Source of the DNA: Phoronis australis
Lineage: Eukaryota; Animalia; Phoronida
Length of the DNA stretch: 64,000 nucleotides
Assembly: GCA_002633005.1 (NCBI GenBank)
Contig: NMRA01000300.1
Coordinates: 296,823-360,822, forward strand
Reading direction: 5' to 3'
Below the pieces are notes generated by a model that worked only from the letters and a program-made list of their open reading frames with translations, was not told the origin of the DNA and ran no database searches. The translations under genes and the position numbers were made by a program. The first letter of the stretch is position 1. The number at the start of each line of letters is the position of its first letter. This document shows positions 61,013 through 64,000 of this stretch, piece after piece.

Positions 61013-63728
61013 GATAATCTGTTTTGTACCTTGTGTTGTGGGGTTACAGGTAATCGGCTTAAATTATGTTACAAACCTATTCAAGCTTGTACTGCAATGG
61101 TTACCATAGGTTACCAGGAGGCAATGTTTTCAAGCTTAGAATTTTCAAAAAGTTGGTTAAGTGGTGAGAGAGGGTCTAATCTCACACTGGAAACTCAACC
61201 ATCATTATTTTGTTCATCCTTAAAAAGATTGTTATTGGAGCATTGTGAAGTTTGAACGAGTAAAAAAGTGTGTTGTGTTTGCCAGGTTCAGGGACATTCT
61301 TCAAGATCAGCGAGCCCGTCCATAGTTACTCATCCTTCCAACAGGTGGATCTGCACCGTCTCACCAATCTCATCAGTAGCTCTTTTGACAAGACTCTCAT
61401 ACCAGATTTCTTCAAGAATACTTCAGACAAACTCTGTAAACTCTACTTATCTGAAAAGTAAGTATCATTCATTTTTTGCAATATGTCCTAGATATCATGT
61501 TTGTGATGTATCTGCATTGACATCGTCGTTAAACATTACTTGTTACTGCGATGGATTTGTGATTTTTATTTTAACATGAGTGACTACAGGTAAGAATTGA
61601 AGTGTAAAACTTGGCAGTTTTACATTACAATAGGGTTTTGTCAAATGTATGAAAATGTTAGTCTTGTAGTCGTACTAAAATCAGTGATGTCTGTTTCAGT
61701 TACACGTCCGCTGCTATCGTCACCCAAGAGAGGGGTATGGAGTTCCCTTACTTGGACAAGTTTGTTGTCAGTAGGCAGGCCCAAGGTCAAGGTTGCAGTG
61801 AGTTGATCTGGAGCCACATTCGCGCCGACTTCCCATCTCTGTTTTGGCGGTCAAAACGCACCAATAAGATCAACCAGTGGTACTTTAAGAAGTGCGACGG
61901 CAGCTGTAACCATGGCGACTGGATAGTGTTCTGGTTTGTGTTTTTATTTACTATGTGATTGGGCTCAGACCAGGGCTGGGTTCCGCAGATGCAGAAATTT
62001 GCAAAGGAAGCTAGTGTGATAATGTGCTTTGCTTGTAATGCATGGTGACATCTCGCTAAGTCTTGTCTGCTCATGTGTACAGAATGCACACCAGGGCTGC
62101 ATGTATTCCATTGACACATGGAAGAAGCTGCGACATATGGCCGTGCACTACAAACACAGCATGTGATCACACTAGGAGGTCCAGTGAACCCAGTCTAGTA
62201 TAGCATCAAGTTCTATTCATATTTCATGTACTAATTAAAAGCTCCCCTTCTTAAAAGGTACTGTAACATATTGCGTCATGAGAAAATTATAATTACAGAA
62301 TGGCTTAGTCACCTTTAATTAACTTCTTTGTTAGGGTTCCACTCTCACAAGGTTTCACTAGTTTTACTGACCACACTGCTGTTCACAGACAGGTTCAGTA
62401 GAGCGTGTGGCTGTAAAGTGAGAGTGAGTGAGTGCCTAATATGAAAGCGTGCTATTGAGTGACAGCATGCGCTCACCTCAGAAAACAATGAAACACCTTT
62501 ATAATCATCATAAAGCAAGCTTACACCATACAAGCAGTATTGATGATGGCATTCTCCAGTGCGAGCAAGACCCAATTAAGTATAATTACTGGGACGTTTA
62601 CTGTTTCAGTAGGAAGCATCTCTGCTTGTATATACTGAAGAATTTTCAATACGCATAAACCAATAACTTTTGTTAAAAAATAAACATTACAGTGGTATTC
62701 AGCTGGAAAAAACATCATAGTATGGTTTTTGAATTTAAATATCGACAGGTTAAAAAGTACAAACATTGGTTACAGATTGAAGATAACGACCGTGCATATT
62801 GATACACTTGGAGGATTTACAAGATTAGTGCTAATCATAATAACGATATCGCGTGGTTTATTCTTTTAGTGTACAACTAAACTACATTTAAATAGAACCA
62901 AAACAAGGTGACCAAATTAGATGTTATTAGCTTTCAAGACAGCACTTCTTGCCCAGTCGCGTGGAACTACTTTATTCAAGGCATAGCATGCTAACCCGAA
63001 AACTGCAATACTCGGTAATCACCTGACGATAAACACGTGTCATGAAGACTTACAATGGCTAGCTCCAAAGTCAATGAGAAATCTAAGCAACAGATGAGGT
63101 GGGTCGGCGGGTGAGAGCTGACTTCTAAGTTTCACTGACAATCAAAATATTCCAAATCTGTTTTCTTTGTAAGCGAATTATTCATGGCATGGTGAGGCCA
63201 AATGTAGCATAATAGTTTTGGTCTACTGTTTTCATGCAATGGTGTGATACATTTTAGCCGTAGCCCATATTTTCAAAAAGAAAGTCGTCTGATGCCAACT
63301 GAAAAATCTGGTAATTCTTATTTTCCAGATGCCAGCTTTGAGGAACTAATTTTAAAATGTCTTGATTTAGACAAGAAACAATTTTAATTGTGTTCCATGG
63401 GTAGAAAATGAAAAAAAAAATGTTAACAAAAAAGTACTTTTTAATTACATATTTTTGTTTGTAGGAGAGGAACTAATGGACAATAGAACTGATATCCAGG
63501 ATTACATGTACTTATGGGAAACTCATTGAAACAGAACAGAAAGGTAGATCTGTCCAATGTATTCTGTTGTAAAACTCACAAGAATACTTTATTTTTTGTA
63601 GGTACGGAATAGGTCACGACCTGGGGTCACAGGTTATTAATTTTGCTGCTGCCCTGGATGTTAGCTTCCTAGAGACAGGTTTGTATCTGGCTGTAGGTTC
63701 AGCAACGGGTCATTATGTAGTGTTTTAA
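54103..63728 (+). CDS. NAGS: N-acetylglutamate synthase, mitochondrial (AAK + NAT domains), ~519 aa; join 54103-54296, 55270-55357, 56883-57113, 58652-58773, 59495-59705, 60389-60569, 61286-61457, 61700-61933, 63602-63728
   Basis: DLRRFLEIG...ESRFWLKQF...PFAVLQVDE, KVMFLNTEGG, TELFTHTGSGTFF (arginine-binding loop), PYLDKFVVSRQAQGQG, LFWRSKRTNKINQWYFKKCDGS. All nine exons join in phase (1560 nt). Confidence 0.93.
55270..55357 (+). CDS. NAGS: NAGS exon (...GGHDLRRFLE)
   Basis: gcag acceptor, gtacga donor; D-x-x-x-FL motif at the start of the AAK domain. Confidence 0.75.
56175..56682. mobile_element. Old foldback-type MITE (diverged long inverted repeat)
   Basis: gttagctctaacc...aataaatttactaacaaaat...tgttgataacggca is mirrored by tgccgttatcaacat...attttgttaggaaatttatt...ggttagaactaac. 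Confidence 0.6.
56883..57113 (+). CDS. NAGS: NAGS exon (IGCDIRESRFWLKQF...DNSW)
   Basis: ttgcag acceptor, gtacgt donor; AAK domain motifs. Confidence 0.9.
57230..57450. repeat. ~38-bp degenerate tandem repeat (gtgaagtgcccccttgtgttagtgcagtagag...)
   Basis: About 5 units. Confidence 0.8.
58652..58773 (+). CDS. NAGS: NAGS exon (EKRQELNENLIKLVSAMES...TQD)
   Basis: tgtag acceptor, gtgagt donor; phase 0-2. Confidence 0.85.
59495..59705 (+). CDS. NAGS: NAGS exon (TSITRVNRDLIDWCLSS...KVMFLNTEGGMKDKKGK)
   Basis: atag acceptor, gtacac donor; AAK motifs. Confidence 0.9.
60389..60569 (+). CDS. NAGS: NAGS exon (VVPNINLPLDL...TELFTHT)
   Basis: ttcag acceptor, gttagt donor. Confidence 0.92.
60955..61011. 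repeat. (CAG)19 microsatellite in a NAGS intron
   Basis: Perfect trinucleotide run. Confidence 0.97.
61286..61457 (+). CDS. NAGS: NAGS exon (GSGTFFKISEP...LYLSE)
   Basis: ccag acceptor, gtaagt donor. Confidence 0.92.
61700..61933 (+). CDS. NAGS: NAGS exon, NAT domain (YTSAAIVT...PYLDKFVVS...WIVF)
   Basis: ttcag acceptor, gtttgt donor; conserved acetyltransferase motifs. Confidence 0.93.
63602..63728 (+). CDS. NAGS: NAGS last visible coding exon (WYGIGHDLGSQVINFAAALDVSF...); may instead splice at 63679
   Basis: tttttgtag acceptor completes FW-YG. TAA at 63726-63728, but a possible donor (acag|gtttgt) lies at 63679. Confidence 0.75.
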
Positions 63729-64000
63729 AATGCAGAGCATGACCGCACAGTTTAACAGTGAAATCTGTTGAGTGTACATTTTTAGTGTTACTTGGATGAA
63801 TTGAATAACTGCATGTAATATGAGAGGCGATGGAGTTGTTTCAAAACCCTCTTCACGTTCGACCCTTGATCCACGACCTCCTCAAACCTTGATTTTCATG
63901 AACACCTCAACACTCTATCCACAACCCCCTCAATCGAAGACAGCCTCGAATATCGACGGACGATCAACTCCTTACTATACCCAAAGCATACCCTGACTTA

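Noticed and set aside
63465-63543. AG...GT-bounded segment just before the last NAGS exon
   Set aside because: It has an in-frame stop and no NAGS similarity, and the flanking exons join correctly without it; no evidence of use.

Overview
This is eukaryotic (invertebrate, lophotrochozoan-like) genomic DNA with GT-AG spliced genes; no prokaryotic operons or CRISPR arrays are present. Five protein genes were reconstructed by hand with consistent exon phases. (1) The 3' part of ARMC4/ODAD2 (+, 464-7772). (2) A complete CD63-like tetraspanin (-, 11156-32991, 239 aa, 16-kb first intron, C-terminus GYEVA). (3) The CST subunit STN1 (+, to 44484, only two coding exons), preceded by a tRNA-Pro(TGG) on the minus strand. 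(4) An unnamed ~606-aa protein (-, 47030-49897) with an N-terminal hydrophobic anchor, TTC22/IFIT-like TPRs and a C-terminal TIR domain. (5) Mitochondrial-type NAGS (+, 54103-63728), head-to-head with gene 4. The most interesting candidate is the TM-TPR-TIR gene, whose upstream region carries an adjacent NF-kB site and ISRE-like motif. The window also contains decayed RTE and L1/Tx1 LINEs, MITEs with 5-6 bp target-site duplications, hairpins and many minisatellites, one with a 312-bp higher-order structure. Three apparent exon duplications each straddle a single N and are most likely uncollapsed haplotype overlaps. Family assignments rest on motifs recognised from memory; no database searches were run.
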